A DNA stretch of 64,000 nucleotides from Adineta vaga. Lineage: Eukaryota > Animalia > Rotifera. Numbering within the stretch: position 1 is the stretch's first letter; each line of letters starts with the position of its first letter. The notes under the pieces were generated by a model. It was not told the DNA's origin and ran no database searches. It was given only the letters and a program-made list of their open reading frames with translations. Position numbers and translations under genes: made by a program. Shown in pieces: positions 10,434 to 25,327 of this stretch. The stretch is from NCBI GenBank assembly GCA_021613535.1, contig CP075496.1:11408001-11472000 (forward strand). The letters run 5' to 3'.

Positions 10434-13400
10434 ATGGAAACGGTAAACACAAATAAAGAAATTGCTAGTTGTGTGAAAGCAGCTGTTCGGTAAGTGAAAA
10501 TTGTCATTTTCTATTAGATTTATTTTCAAGATAATCTCTCTACAGTGTTCGTCCATTAGCAAAAAATGAAGAATGTGATCTATGTCAAACATGTGTTGAT
10601 GTACAACGTTCAACAAATGAAATCATTCTAGCGAATAGTACAGCATTTACATTTGATCATGTCTTTTTACCTGACACAACACAAGAAGATGTATATCGTG
10701 AATGTGTTTACGATATGATTGAAGGATGTTTTCAAGGCTATAGTGCATCAATACTTGCTTATGGACAGACAGGATCAGGGTAAATAGAAACTTTCTTTCT
10801 CAGTCTGATTTCAGATGATTTTGATTAACAATGATGATGATTTAGAAAAACGTTTACAATGGGTAGTGGTGTGGAATATAATGATCCAACAAAAGAAGGT
10901 ATTTTACCTCGTGCTATTATGCATATATTTCAACGATGTGCAAGTCTTGAACGTGAAGCTGATGCGAAAGATATTACACTACCTAAATGTGTTGTTTCAT
11001 GTCAGTTTATTGAAGTATGGATAAACAATTTTCTATTTATTTCAATGATCAATTTTTTCCTTTTTCTTTCTAGATTTATAATGAAAGTATTTATGATCTA
11101 TTTAATAAGGAAAATATTGAATTTCGTTCACAAAAAAATTCCGATAAACATGTTGTATTTGAAAATAGTAATGGCGAAATAGCGGTTACTAATATTACAA
11201 CACGATTTGTTACAACTGCTCAAGAGGTTTATTGATTGAAATCAATTATTAAGTTTTAAAAGTCAATTCTTTGTTTTTTTCGTAGACACTTGATTGTCTA
11301 AACGAGGGTGCACTAAGTCGAACAACAGCATCAACACGTATGAACAGTGTGTCAAGTCGATCACACGCCATATTTACTGTTAATTTACAATTTGAACGTG
11401 TTGTTCCATCAGTATCCGTAAGTTTGAATGAAGTGAATAATTATTCCATATTGATAGTTTGTTATTTTAGACAACAAATCCAAGTTTACGTGAACAAATT
11501 CGTGCAAAAATTCATTTTGTGGATTTAGCAGGTTCAGAAAGTTTAAAACGAACAGGTGCAACAGGCCAACGTGCTAAAGAAGGCATCAGTATCAACAGTG
11601 GTTTGGTTTGTATTGAAAAAAATCAATTCATTTCTTATCTACATATAACCTATGGATCTATTTAGCTTGTTCTCGGTAATGTTATCTCAATATTAGGTGA
11701 TCCTTTGAAAAAAGCAGCACACGTCCCTTATCGTGATTCTAAATTAACTCGTTTGCTACAAGATTCATTAGGTGGTAATAGGTTAGTCTTGATAATCTAT
11801 GTATTTTCAATAAAAGAAAATGGATTATTTTAGTCGAACATTGATGATTGCATGTATTTCTCCAGTAGATCGAGACTTTTCTGAAACGAAAAGTACACTG
11901 AATTATGCTCAACGTGCACGAAATATTCGTAATCGTGTGAAAGTCAATCAAGATAAACATAGTCGACAAATTATTCAATTACAAATGGAAATCGAACGAT
12001 TACGTGCATTAGTAGATAAAAATGAACATGTATCATCGGTAAGCAAATATAAGACTTTTATCGCGTTTTGTTTGATAAAAAGTTAAAAATTTCTTTTAGA
12101 ATGACTATGATCAAGCAAGCAATAGTGCATTGAATCAAGAACTTGAACGTATACGTTCATATATTTATACAATACAACGTTCCATCAATGAAACAAATAT
12201 TGTATCACAAACATTGAAACAAGATTTGGAAACGGTTCGTGAACATCAACAAATAAATGATACGACATTTGATTATACAGAAGCATTGAATCAATGTGTA
12301 GCTAAAAGTGATGAAATTCAGTAAGTGAAGTAAATTCACATAATCATTATGATGATTTTTTTATTAAATGTTATATTAGATCTCGATTATCACGCATGAC
12401 CGATGTTAGTAATGTAATTCGAAAACGTAGTCCAAAATCATGTCGTCGTAAAAGTCGTTTAACAAGTAAGTAAACAGAAACTTTCAAATTTCTACATGTC
12501 GAGTAGTACGAATATAAGTAGTAAATATCCTTAATTGAAGTAGAATTATATCTCTACTACAATATTTATTTTCTTTGTTTAGGATCATTTTCAGCTGATC
12601 AACCTCTAACCATTGATTTTAATCAATGTACAACTACTGGTGATGATTTACAACCATGTATTGAAGATATTCGACATGAAATCGATCGTCTTCGACGTGA
12701 AGAACAATTACTACGTGAAAGGTTAGGATTTCGTAGAAAAACGATGTTTTCTCCTTATGATAAATTTCTTTCTTTTTTTGCTATAGTGGTTCAGCAAAAT
12801 CCAATCGAATTGGTATATCGACGATACCTGGTTCACCACAAGGACTACATGAAATTCAAGTTCAACAGAAATGTGAAAATTTATACTCATCTCCGACAAA
12901 TTCATCAGCAGATATGATTGAAAATGGTTCAAATATGCCTATTATTGATGATCAAGAACATATTACTAATAGCGATGATGAAGATGAACAAGAACAAATG
13001 CCTGTGGATGAAGCACAAACTGAATGTAAGTTTGAATAAAGGAGTAAACTATTTGTATGTACTTTATTCTTTTTTTGTAGCGGATGTTCAAGAGGAAAAA
13101 CTTGTCATCATTACAACTGAAATCAATGCAAAACAAAAATGTCTTGAAATGCTTGAAAATGCTCGTAAACGTAGTGATGCAATACGGCAACGTTATGAAG
13201 AACGTATTAAAACACTTTCCGATCGTATACAAAATGCTGAAGATGAAAAACAAGCAGCTGTCACGAAATTAAGTAGGATTAAATTTATACTATTATATAC
13301 AAGCTATTATTTCTTCAAATCATAGACTCTGCTTCACGTGATCATCATAATGTTGAAGAATTAAAATCAGCACGACGTGATTATGAAGAAAAAATTCGTC

Positions 13401-14826
13401 GATTAGAAATCGAAAATAATGAACTTACAGCATTACGTGCACAATATGCTGTTTGCTTGAAAGATGGAGAATATTACAAGAAAGAACTAGCCAAACATAC
13501 TAATGAATTAAAAGATTTACGTAAAATGAAAGTTCAATTAACACGAGAATTACGACAAGAATTTATTCGACATCGACAAGCGGAGCAAGCGAAAGCACGA
13601 GAAATTGCAACACTTAAACGAGTAAGTTTTCATTGAAGAGAGAGTGAGAGATCGATTAATTTAGTATGGTTTTGTTTGATTTTAGACACAAATGCAAAAA
13701 GATAATGAAATTCGTACATTACGTGCTCAACATAAACAAAAAGAAATGATTCTTAAACGTAAACAAGAAGAGGTATGATTTGAAATGGTTGAGAGAGCAA
13801 TTTCAAATACAATTGCATTATCACTAGATAGTTTACTACAACTATATCATAGAACTGAACTATTACAAACCATACGTTGATTTTTCTAGCTATATTATAT
13901 TGACGTGAAATTTATTTTGCCTTTCTATCTAGGTGCATTTACTACGACGTCAAATGCGTTCAGCACGAATGCGTAAAACAACGAAGGAAATGACTGCTCA
14001 TTTTGCAGCTATTCAACAAGGCGTATGTTAACTTACATTGTATTCTTTTATTATTTATCTTCTTGCTTTTTCTTCAAATACATCAGATTACCAATGCTAT
14101 ACGTCGTCGAAAACTTATTGCTGGTATCAATCGAGATATGAATACATTGATCGAAAATCGTGAACGTGCCAGTCGTAAACGTGAACGATTTTGGAAACGA
14201 ATGAATAAGACCATTGTTTTGAATAAAAATGAGCAGGAACAATCGACAGATACTACCACCACTGTTACTGATGCAAGAACACCAGTGCGTGATTCATTAA
14301 CAAAATTAGATAGTACAATTGCCTATCTCAATTCGGAAATAGCATCTTGTCAACAAGTATTAATGGCTTATGATGAAGAACAACAATCGCATGAAATAAT
14401 TCAAGGACCAGATCCACAATTTATTGTTGATTGTGTTACTGATGTTGATGAACTTCGTTATTTATTAACGAAACTTATTGAACAAACAATTGAAAAAGTT
14501 CGTTTTCTTAAATTTTAACGAAATCAAAATCTATAGGTATCTGTACACTTCTATTTTTCTAGGGATTTGAAGCTGATGAAGCAAATGAATTAATGTCTTA
14601 TGTTGATCTAGTAGAAACGATTCTTGTTAAAAAAGATGACACTAAACAACCAACAGCTGGTACTGTTCGCATCAAAAGAGCAATTACTGATAAATGTGAA
14701 GATGATTCCATGGATACAACACCAGTACCGGAAGATTCACCATCATCAAAAACAATGATACTTCGACCATTATGTAATTCTCCAAGTCTATCGAATTATC
14801 AAAGTGAGCCGATGTGTTCAGAATAA
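10434..14826 (+). CDS. Kinesin-4 family motor (KIF21/KIF4-like head, coiled-coil stalk)
   Basis: [63 protein letters not shown] and [20 protein letters not shown]. The stalk has the kinesin-4-type LKRKQEEV motif. Confidence 0.9.
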
Positions 14827-15664
14827 GATTTCTTTGTATCTTTGACTTTCTTTTTTGTGTCTACTATTAACTCTTGTGCATATGTTCTTATTTGTTTATT
14901 TCATTTTTTTTTCTGCACTTTCTTTATATATGTACGTATATGTCTTCAGAAAAATAGTATAAATATAATTCCTTCATATATGCATATGAATGTATAGAGA
15001 GATTTTCTGAACACTGAAATTTTCAATGAACTAGATCTATTTCATTCGAATAAGTAGAGTGTTGGTGTAGGTACAAGTGCAAATATGTCTCGTCAGTATG
15101 CGATAGGGGCACTGAAATGCTTAGAAAGAATTCAAAAAGATCATAGAGTGTTGATTCGGAGTCGAATTGGCCGCTATAGAAAAGTCCCAAAGTGAATAGC
15201 AATATGGATTACTAAATGAAGCAGCCAGTATACTCAACTTCACTTCTATTTTTTGATGTATAATCTTCAAATGAAGATAATATAATTTGATGCAAGAGTA
15301 TATTTTACATTCACTATAGACTCTCATCAGTGAATAATAGCGTGAAAAACTCGAATCCGTTGCTCGTTTTCCCTATGTAACGTCAATTTCTTATAGAAAT
15401 AAAAATAAAGCGATCATCCTATTGTGGTCTCTATCGTAAATCTATACGATTGGTCTTTTTTATTCATTGCAAATAACTCACTGGCTCCATCTGATGCGAG
15501 ATACGATGCGATACTGTTGTTATTATTATTCCTTGCTTATTCCTCTTGCTATTAGATTAAACGAAAAATTATCCTAGATTTGATAACGAAAATAAAAAGT
15601 ACCATAGAAAATTTGATTTTAGATTTATTTTTCAAAACATGTAATTCGTAATATAAAAGTAAAA

Positions 15665-18600
15665 ATGTCAGCTAAACTGCAACGACGAGCAAGTGTCAGT
15701 GGAAGTGGAATGCGTGGTCGAAGCATCGATTCTGCTGAAATGACTTTAGATGATTATTATCATATGGTAGCAAAAACGATTCTATGTAATCAAAATCCTT
15801 TAACGGGACTCTTTGCTGCTGGAAAAGATACTGATCATGCTTGGGTACGTGATAATGTTTATGCAATTATGGCTATATGGGGTTTATCACTCTCGTATAA
15901 AAAACATTTGGATCAAATGGAAAATTGGACTAAATGTTATGAATTAGAACAAGTAAGCACTCTCTTTGAACAAAATATATTTGAATGTTTTATTGAAATG
16001 AATTTAGAGTGTTGTAAAAACAATGCGTGGCTTATTGACGTGTATGATGAAGCAAGTAGATAAAGTTGAAAAATTTAAATCAACATTAAGTCGTGATGAT
16101 GCTCTACATGCAAAATATTCTTCCGTGACTGGTAGATTTTATATTGAGAGAAGGATTTATATTCGAATAAATCAATTATTATTTGTAATTTAGGTAATAC
16201 AGCCGTCGCGGATAATGAATGGGGACATTTACAATTAGATGCTACTTCGTTATATTTATTAATGCTTGGTGAAATGACATCATCAGGTTTACATATTGTT
16301 TATACACTTGATGAAGTTGATTTTGTTCAAAATCTTATCTTTTATATTGAACAATCCTATATGATTCCAGTAAGTTTAGAAGAAATGAATTGAGTTGTAA
16401 TGAATTATATTTGATTATTTTAAGGATTACGGTATCTGGGAACGAGGTGATAAAACAAATCATGGTTATCCAGAGTTGAACTCTAGTTCAGTTGGAATGG
16501 CTAAAGCAGCATTAGAAGCAATGAATGAACTGGATTTATTTGGTAGTAATGGTGGTCCACGTTCGATAATACATGTTTCATCAGATTATATCTATTGGTG
16601 TCATTCAGTACTTAAATCAATGTTACCACGTGAATCATTCTCTAAAGTAATACAATCATCATATTTTCAGTTTTTGTCGAAAAAGATAAAACAACAACAA
16701 AAATTTATTTTTCTCTAGGAAACAGATGCATCTCTATTAAGCATTATTAGTTATCCCGCATTTAGTATTGAAGATTTGGATTTAGTTACTGAAACGAAGA
16801 CAGGTATCATCTCAAAATTACAAGGTCGATATGGTTTATCGAGATTTTTGCGTGATGGTTATCGAACACCACTTGAAGTATGTGAAAGATTTTCTTATAT
16901 TTTGTTTTTGTTTCGTAAATTAGAATTTATACTATTTAGAATGCACATAAACTACACTATGATCCACATGAACTTAAACAATTTGAAAGAATTGAATGTG
17001 AATGGCCACTATTTTTTTGTTATTTAATTCTTGATGGATTATTTCATGAAAATGAAAATCAGGTTTGAATTATACAGAGCTGAAAACATAAATGGAAATG
17101 ATTTTTTCTAATATAGGTTGCACTTTATGGTGGTCTTTTAGAAGAATGTATTCTTAAAGATTCAGAGGGTATACAAATTATACCAGAATTATATTCTGTA
17201 ACTGGTGATCGAGTAAGAATTGATTATATTATAAAAGATATTCTAATAATTTGAACGAAACAGAGAAATTATTTATTCAATAACTTCTTTCGATTTTTGA
17301 TTTTATATTTCAAATCTTATTTATACATAAACCTATACTAATAATTAGTAGAAAACTTTTAAAATATTTCTAAGAGATCATTGTCATTTCTAGTGATATT
17401 TTCTAATGTGATATTATTTAGGTCGAAGATGAAAAACGTGATCCACACAGTACAAATCGAATTCCTATGGGTCGCATACCTCATATGTGGGGTCAATCAC
17501 TCTTTATGTTAGCTATGCTTGTTAAAGAGGTAAATGATTTTTCTTACTCATGGCAAACTTAGGAATTTCGTTTCATAGGGTTTCTTAGCACCCGGTGAAC
17601 TAGATCCTTTAAATCGACGTCTTATAACTGAACCCAAACCCGAAGGTTTTGTTCAAGTTTGTGTTCTGACTGATAGTGAATCAATTCAATCCAAATTAGC
17701 ATCTGTTGGTATACATATACAACAGATTAAAGATCTCGATCTAATACAAGTACGATCTGTACAAATTCTACAAAATATCTATTCACATCTTGGTAAAACA
17801 TATCATCGTAATAAACAATCTAGTTTTCATAAAATCTGTTATTTTAGGAAAAAATGAACGTCTTGGTCTCACTGGTCGACCATCATTTGAAATGGGACCA
17901 TTTTCTACATCGAAACTTTATACGATTTGTGGACGAACATTAGCATTCACTCCATCGGTATTTTATATAGAAGCTTTTTTTCCTCTTTGAAAACATCATT
18001 ATTTTTCTTTTAGTTTATGGATCAACATACATTCTATTTAGCATCTGATATTGATTATATCATCGATCGATTTCGTACTTACCTTTCATTTTTAAATAAA
18101 AATTGGAATAATATTACTGGACGACCTGTTGTTGTTGTTGTTCTTCGTGCAGACTTAATTGATACAGATCCTATACCAAAGAATGTTATTCAAACATTAA
18201 AAAAATTAAAAACCGGTTATACAAATGGTGTACGAGTACACATGGGCAAATTAGAAGATTTTATCAATACATCCTGTGTAACAAGTCTTGACTTTGTTTT
18301 TCGTGAAGATGATGATGAAGATTGTGAAGATAAACTTATGGATTTACTTCAATCCAATTCTGATTATAATCAAATATCGAATTTTCTATCTCATCAAAAT
18401 CAAGATTATCGTTTTCAAAAACGATATAGAATTAAGAAATTAGCACAAATACGTGGTGCTGTTAAGCGTAGTTATAGTTATAGTCATCATGCTAGTGATA
18501 ATAGTGTAGTACAAAATATTCTTAATTCAAGTAATACTGACGATCAAGATGATCAAACTGATACAAATGTTTTAAATCATATACGAACTGATGGACATAC

Positions 18601-20358
18601 ATTATCAACATCGAATAGACGAGATAATTTATTGAGAGACAAAGAAGTACAGGATATTATTGAATTACTTTCACATGCTTCATCCATTCAAGATCAAGCT
18701 GATATTTTACACTGTCTTTATATGAATAAGTAAGCTGCAATATTTATTAATCTTTTGTGAAAACTTGACATCTTTACGAGAATATTTACATTTTCATTGC
18801 ATGACTTTAACGTATATTGATATTTTGAAAATATAAATCAGATGTCATAGAGAATGTTCTTTTCAAAAATGTACATATGCATATGAAAAAATGATTAAAT
18901 ATTTCAAAAGAAATTTTGAATTGAACTGAATAATATCTGTTTGTTTTTATTTGCAGAGGTATTGATTTTGAATTTGAACATAATGGACATCGTGTGACAG
19001 TACGTGATCTGATTCAAGAATTGTACAATCGTGCATGTAAACAACGTGTTTGGTGGTGTGTTCGTCATTGTGCTGGTATGTTAAGAATGCGTAATGAAAG
19101 TATTGCTCAAAGTTTAATTGCCATACTTGCTCAGCAAAAACAATTAACAATCGGTTTACCACCAGCTCCACGTGAACATGTTTTAACAAGTCCAATGACA
19201 GTTGAACAATTATATAATACGATTGTAACTGCTACTGGAAACGATCCAACTATGGTGATGTTAACACAAGAAATATTTGTATTTTTACATACATTTATTA
19301 GTACTGAACCACAATTATTTGCCGGTATGATTCGTATACGTGTTGGTCTTATTGTACAAGTTATGCTTGGAGAATTGAAACGTACATTACAATCATCGGA
19401 TGAAGATACAACTGATCATCTATTAAATTTAAGTCCACATGAAATCAAATGTTTATTACATATTATACTAAGTGGTAAAGAATTTGGTATAACAGAACAT
19501 TCAACAAAACCAGCACCAGAATTAGCAGATTTACCTAAACAAGAACGTGATATGCGAATTATAAGAAATGAAATTAAAGAAGCGAGTACAAGAAAATTAA
19601 GTGTACATTTAAATTGGGTAGATCATCCATTGGAAGATGAAGATGATGATATTGGAAAACATGGACAATGGATTCGTCGAAGACGTTTAGATGGTGCTTT
19701 AAATCGTGTACCAGTTCGATTCTATGGACAAGTTTGGCAAACATTAGAAAAGGTAACTATCTTATATATATTGGATTCAATATATTATTCACGATAACTA
19801 GATTATTTTAATTTTCTCATCGTATCAGATATGATCTAAAAATTTGTTTCTATTCTATTTTTAGTGTAAAGGTATTAAAATCGCTGATTATATTCTATAC
19901 AACAGTTTAACACAAGAAATGACTCAAGAAGAAATTAAATTTGCATTACGTGTTGAAGAAGCACTCAATCGTGTACCATTTACAGAATATCGACAATTGA
20001 TTGTTGAAGCTTGTGTGATATTTACATCGATTGCATTGGGTGATGCTCGGTATGATTTTTATCATGCTTTATTTCTTATTATTATTGAATTCTATTTAGA
20101 TTTCATTCGGATGAAATTATCAGTATAGAAGAGATTGTCTCTACAGCGAATGGTATATTTCTACAAGATCAACGAGCATCTGGTGGTGATGCAATAAAAT
20201 GTTGTGCAAGTGGTAATCCATGTGGATCTGCAGCTGGTATATGTTTACATTTCTATGATTCAGCTCCAAGTGGACGATTTGGTACAATAAATTATTTCTT
20301 ACGAGCACTTCTACGAATTCTACGTGTTGACGAAACGACTGTATGTTCTATTAGTTAA
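15665..20358 (+). CDS. PHKA: Phosphorylase b kinase regulatory subunit alpha
   Basis: [85 protein letters not shown] and C-terminal CaaX CSIS. TAA at 20356-20358. Confidence 0.93.
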
Positions 20359-21287
20359 TAGAGGCTTTCAACTAATCTGAACAGTTCACTATGTGTATGT
20401 TCACGTGTTTTTTTTTCGTTCTTTTGTTTTATTGATTGGACCTGTATTAGTTTTTCTTCATGCTTTTCAAACTTTTTTGTATAAATATACATATATATAT
20501 TTCTTAAAACGATCCTTTTTCATTTCGTTTTATTTTTAATATCCGATTTTCTAAACATGTGTGATACCTTTTCTTCTAACCGTATCTAAAGATTGGTTCT
20601 AAAGACATGATGTTCGAGATCATTTTTCTCATAATTATGATTAGTTTTGTTTTCTTCGTTGAGCATACATATGCATTATGTCTTTTATCTGATATTCTCA
20701 TCTAGTTCTTCTTCTTCCTCTCACATTGTGTTTCTTGTATTCATCGATTCATTTTCCTTCCCACAAAACAAAGTTTATATAAGTCTAGTCAATCAATTGA
20801 ATAGTTCGTTTCAAATATGCCATAAGACTAACTATGCAGGATGATGAATCTCTTTGATAAATCTCGATAACTCTGAAAAATTGAACAAATGAAAAGTTAT
20901 CCAAAATAATTTATTATTTATTGGAGAATAATTATTTTTGGAAACAAACAATGAAGATAAAAATATATAAGAAGACTTATCATTATTCAAAGCTTCTTCG
21001 TCTTCTTCTTCTATAATTACTGACAAAAGTCACCTCACTCGATCTCATAAAAAGCTATCTACTGATTTTTAACTCTAGTTGACTTTACAGAAATGAATAC
21101 TTCTTAACAACGACCTCTATGACCTATTAGTCTGATTGTACTATGTTCGTTCAGTGTTATTTCATAATATCTTTCATGATGGTGCAATTAAATTCAAGCG
21201 AGAGAGAGAGAGACAGCGAGCAGACAGATAGTATATTTGAAATTGCATTATACAATCATTTGATAAATTACATTTTTGATTTTAGAT

Positions 21288-23611
21288 ATGCCACTATCAC
21301 GAATGATGTCTTCAAAATCTACCGAAGAACATTCTGATGATGAATCAGATCCTCCTTCATCTGATGATGTTTTTAAAATTTTAATTACAACAGACAATCA
21401 TCTTGGTTATGCTGAACGAGATGATGAACGTGCAAATGATTCTTTAATTGCATTTGAAGAATGTCTTCAAATAGCACGTGATGAAAATGTTGATTTTATT
21501 TTACTTGGTGGCGATTTATTTCATGATAATAAACCATCAAATCATATTATGTTAGAATGTATTAATTTATTCAGAAAATATTGTCTTGGTGATAAAACAA
21601 TTGAATTTAAATTGATAAGTGATGAAAAAGTAAATTTTTCATCAACAGTTCAATCAAATCCATTTCCATGGGCTAATTTTAAAGATCCAAATCTAAATAT
21701 TGGTATTCCAGTCTTCTCGATTCATGGGTACGTTATGGAATTCAACTAATTTATATATGATATTTTGAATAAAATAGAAATCATGATGATCCATCCGGTT
21801 CAACACCATTATGTCCACTTGATTTATTGAATTCTTGTGGATTAGTAAATTATTTTGGAAATCTATCATCGTTAGAAAATATTGATATCCATCCATTACT
21901 TTTTCGTAAAGGACAAACAAATTTATCAATCTATGGTTTAGGTTCAATACGTGATGAACGTTTACATCGAATTTTCTTAAAAAATCAAATTAATTTACTT
22001 CGCCCAACAAATCAACCTGATAATTGGTTTAATATATTCGTTATTCATCAAAATCGTGTTGCACATGGACCAAAAAATTATATTCCAGAACAATTCTTAC
22101 ATGAATTTTTAGATATCGTTATCTGGGGTCATGAACATGATTGTCGATTAACACCAGAGTTTAATACTGTACAAAAATTTTTTGTTATTCAACCAGGTTA
22201 GTTATTTTACCAAAAGACTTCAGAAAACATAGAAATGATGTGATCTAACTGTTGAACTAGACTGATAAAGCATTATAAATGCATTTACTTTCTTCTTTTG
22301 ATTAAATTAGGTAGTACAGTTGCAACATCATTAAGTGAAGGTGAACAAATACAAAAACATGTTGGAATTCTCCATATACATAAGAAAACATTTAAATTAC
22401 AACAACGACCATTACAAACAGTTCGACAATTTTATTTTGTAGACATTAATTTAAGTGATCATATCGATGAAAAAGCTTTGAAAACATTATCAAATAGTAA
22501 ACTCGAACAGAAACTCGATAAAATTTTAACTGATACAGTAAAGAAAAAAAAACAAAATCTATTTGTCGCTTCTTTTCATATGATTTTGTTGATTATGAAT
22601 AGATTAATGAATTACTTGTTCGTGCTCAAAAAGAACATACTGGTCATCCAAAACAACCGAAAAAACCGTAAGAAAAATGCTTTTCTTTTTTCTCGAATTG
22701 ATTTTATTCTTAATAGTTTAATTCGTCTTCGTGTTGATTATACTGGTTTTGATCTATTTGATTCATTCAATGATATTCGTTTTGTTCAAAAATTTTCGGA
22801 TCAAGTTGCTAATGCTAAAACAATGATTAATTTACATAAAAAACGTGAAAATAGTCTCTTGAAATCGAATGAAATCAAACTTGATCCAAATGCAATTAAA
22901 ATATCGAATGAACAATTTCAAAATGCACAACGTGTCGAAGATTCCATCCAGAAATATTTCGATTCAACGACTGAAGTACATAGAAGAAAAAAAAGTTATT
23001 TTTGTAAAATTCGATTTTCTTATTTCGTTTTCAATTTTAGAATAATCGATTACGTTTACTCGATGAAAAATCGATGTTAGCAGCTTTAACTGAATTTATT
23101 GATAAAGATGAAGTTTATGCATTAAGTACAATGGTAGAAGGACAAATTGAACAAACTCAAGTAGATGAATAATTCTCTTTTTCATATTCTATGTTTTACT
23201 TTATAGAAATTTCTTGCGAACAATATTCATAATGATGATGTGGCTTTTCTTGAGGAAGAATTAAAACGTTTCAAAACATTACAAAATACTGATGATGATG
23301 AAGCTATTCAGCGACGAAAAGATTTATTAATAGCAGCAAGAAAAGAACGATTAAAAGTAACTGGTGATAAATCACATAATGATGATGAAAGCGATGATGA
23401 TGTGATGATCACACAAACGATCAGAATGAAAAATGAAGATAGTGATAATGAAAATGATGACGATGATGATTTCAATCTGAATTCAATGCGATCAACACAA
23501 AAACGTACACAGTCATCATCAACAGCAACAGCAGCACGTGGAGGACGTGGACGAGGACGAGGAAGAGCAAAAACAACGACAACACCTCGTGGTAAACGAA
23601 AACCATTTTAG
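21288..23611 (+). CDS. MRE11: Double-strand break repair nuclease MRE11
   Basis: Phosphoesterase motifs TDNHLG, GGDLFHDNKPS, HGNHDDP (split by an intron), HQNR, WGHEH and QPGSTVATSLSEGE, plus LIRLRVDY and a C-terminal GAR motif RGGRGRGRGR. Confidence 0.97.
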
Positions 23612-24368
23612 ATTATATTTGTTCCTGTATTTTTATTTGTATAACAGAGATAAATTGAAAATAAACTTTGTATGAAAATAAAAACAATTAGATGAAATTA
23701 AAAAGGCTAATCATATTCTTAAAGTCATAAAAAAGGAAATAACCTCACTTCTATTTTTTTACTCTAAAACTATATATATATATTTAAAGTATGTCATGCT
23801 ATTGCCGTTTTTCAGTTCAAACACACATTTTTCTCTGTGTTTGACCTCTTATAAACATTGTTATCACAATCTTGCAAATAATTTTTTCAAAACTCAATTA
23901 TCATAAATATAAAATTAAATTGTTTAAAACTTATTAGTCATAGAATGTCCTCATCTGATTTATCTAGATCTGTTCAGTGCTCACAAGTTCCCAAGAAGTA
24001 AGAAGCGGGTTCACCGCCACAAGATTAAATATTTGTAAGCTAGAAGTATGTCGGATGTAAACCAACAATTTTGTTTATATTCCCTTTCTACAGAGAAATT
24101 TACGAAGGAAATACTCTTATCTACTTTACAAATCATTCTTAGTACATGTTCTATATAAGTATATTAATAGTATCATTATCGAATCTCGATCTCGTGAAAT
24201 ATACAAACAAGATGTTGAATTCTACTAATATTAACTTTTTGAATGAATAAAAAATCTTTCTGCAATATTTTATTTTCAAATCATAAATTTTTTCGTTATC
24301 ACGGATAAAAGAAGTAGGAAAAAATAATGCTATTTATCGTTGTATTACTGAATAATCGACTAGAAATG

Positions 24369-25327
24369 TTATTCTGTCGTTTGACTAATAAAAGTGTAAA
24401 GTGTTCGAATATTTTCTTTTGCTTGATGTTTTAATAAACGATTTTCTTCTTGAAGAGTTTGATATTCTTCAATAAGTTTATTCAATTCAGTTAAATGTTC
24501 ATTATGATGATTAAATTTTGGTTTATCTATTTGAAATCTTTCGATATAATTTTCATTTTGTTTTTGTTGTTCATGAAATTTTTCCATTAATTGTAGAAGT
24601 ATCTTTTGTCGCTCTTGAATTTTCAAATGATAATCATTTGTTCGATGTTTTCGATGCATTTGTTCATGATGAAAACGTTCAATTAAATGATTCTTTTGAT
24701 TCAAACTTAATCGCACAGCATTGATTAATTCATTATAATAAATCATTGGGTCGGTAGACATGGTTAATTTGGATGTTGATGGTGAAATCTATCAAGAAAA
24801 TAAGGATTTAAATATACCAGAAAATGAATTCTACATACTTGTTGAATAATATCATTTAATGTTTGAATAATAGTTGGTGATTGATAGAAATTCTTTGTTA
24901 TTGTACGGATTTGTTCACGTTTTGTTGACATTTGTAATAAACGAGTTTGTAATTGATCAGTTGTAGATTTAATTACCGAATGATAGTCAAAAGAATGTTC
25001 TAATTGATTAAGAATATTTGTTATTTCACGTAGATGTCCATCGAGTGAATGAAGACAGGTTTGAGTTTGTTGAAAATTGGTTTCATGTTCTCGAAATTTT
25101 TCTAAAAATTTTCCAATAATCGTTTCATGATTATGATTATTATTCATATCAAGCATTGTTTCATTGATGACAGTCGAATTATTACTATGATTGGAAGAAA
25201 TTTGCTCTTGATTTTTCCATTGTTTTGATACACTACTCATTGGTGTTGAAAAATCAATCAAGGAATCGATATATTTATTTCGATTGATTGTTTCTGACGA
25301 TGAATTCGACATATAACTTGTATTCAT
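24369..25327 (-). CDS. Uncharacterised coiled-coil protein (302 aa, 2 exons)
   Basis: The two tracked ORFs join in frame through a 50-nt GT-AG intron (24789-24838): ..TLNDIIQQ|ISPSTSKLTMSTDP... Heptad-rich Q/E/L/N composition. Confidence 0.7.

Noticed and set aside
23945-24142. Possible small spliced ORF (MSSSDLSRSVQCSQVPK..)
   Set aside because: Only about 35 codons, no homology cue; compatible with chance.
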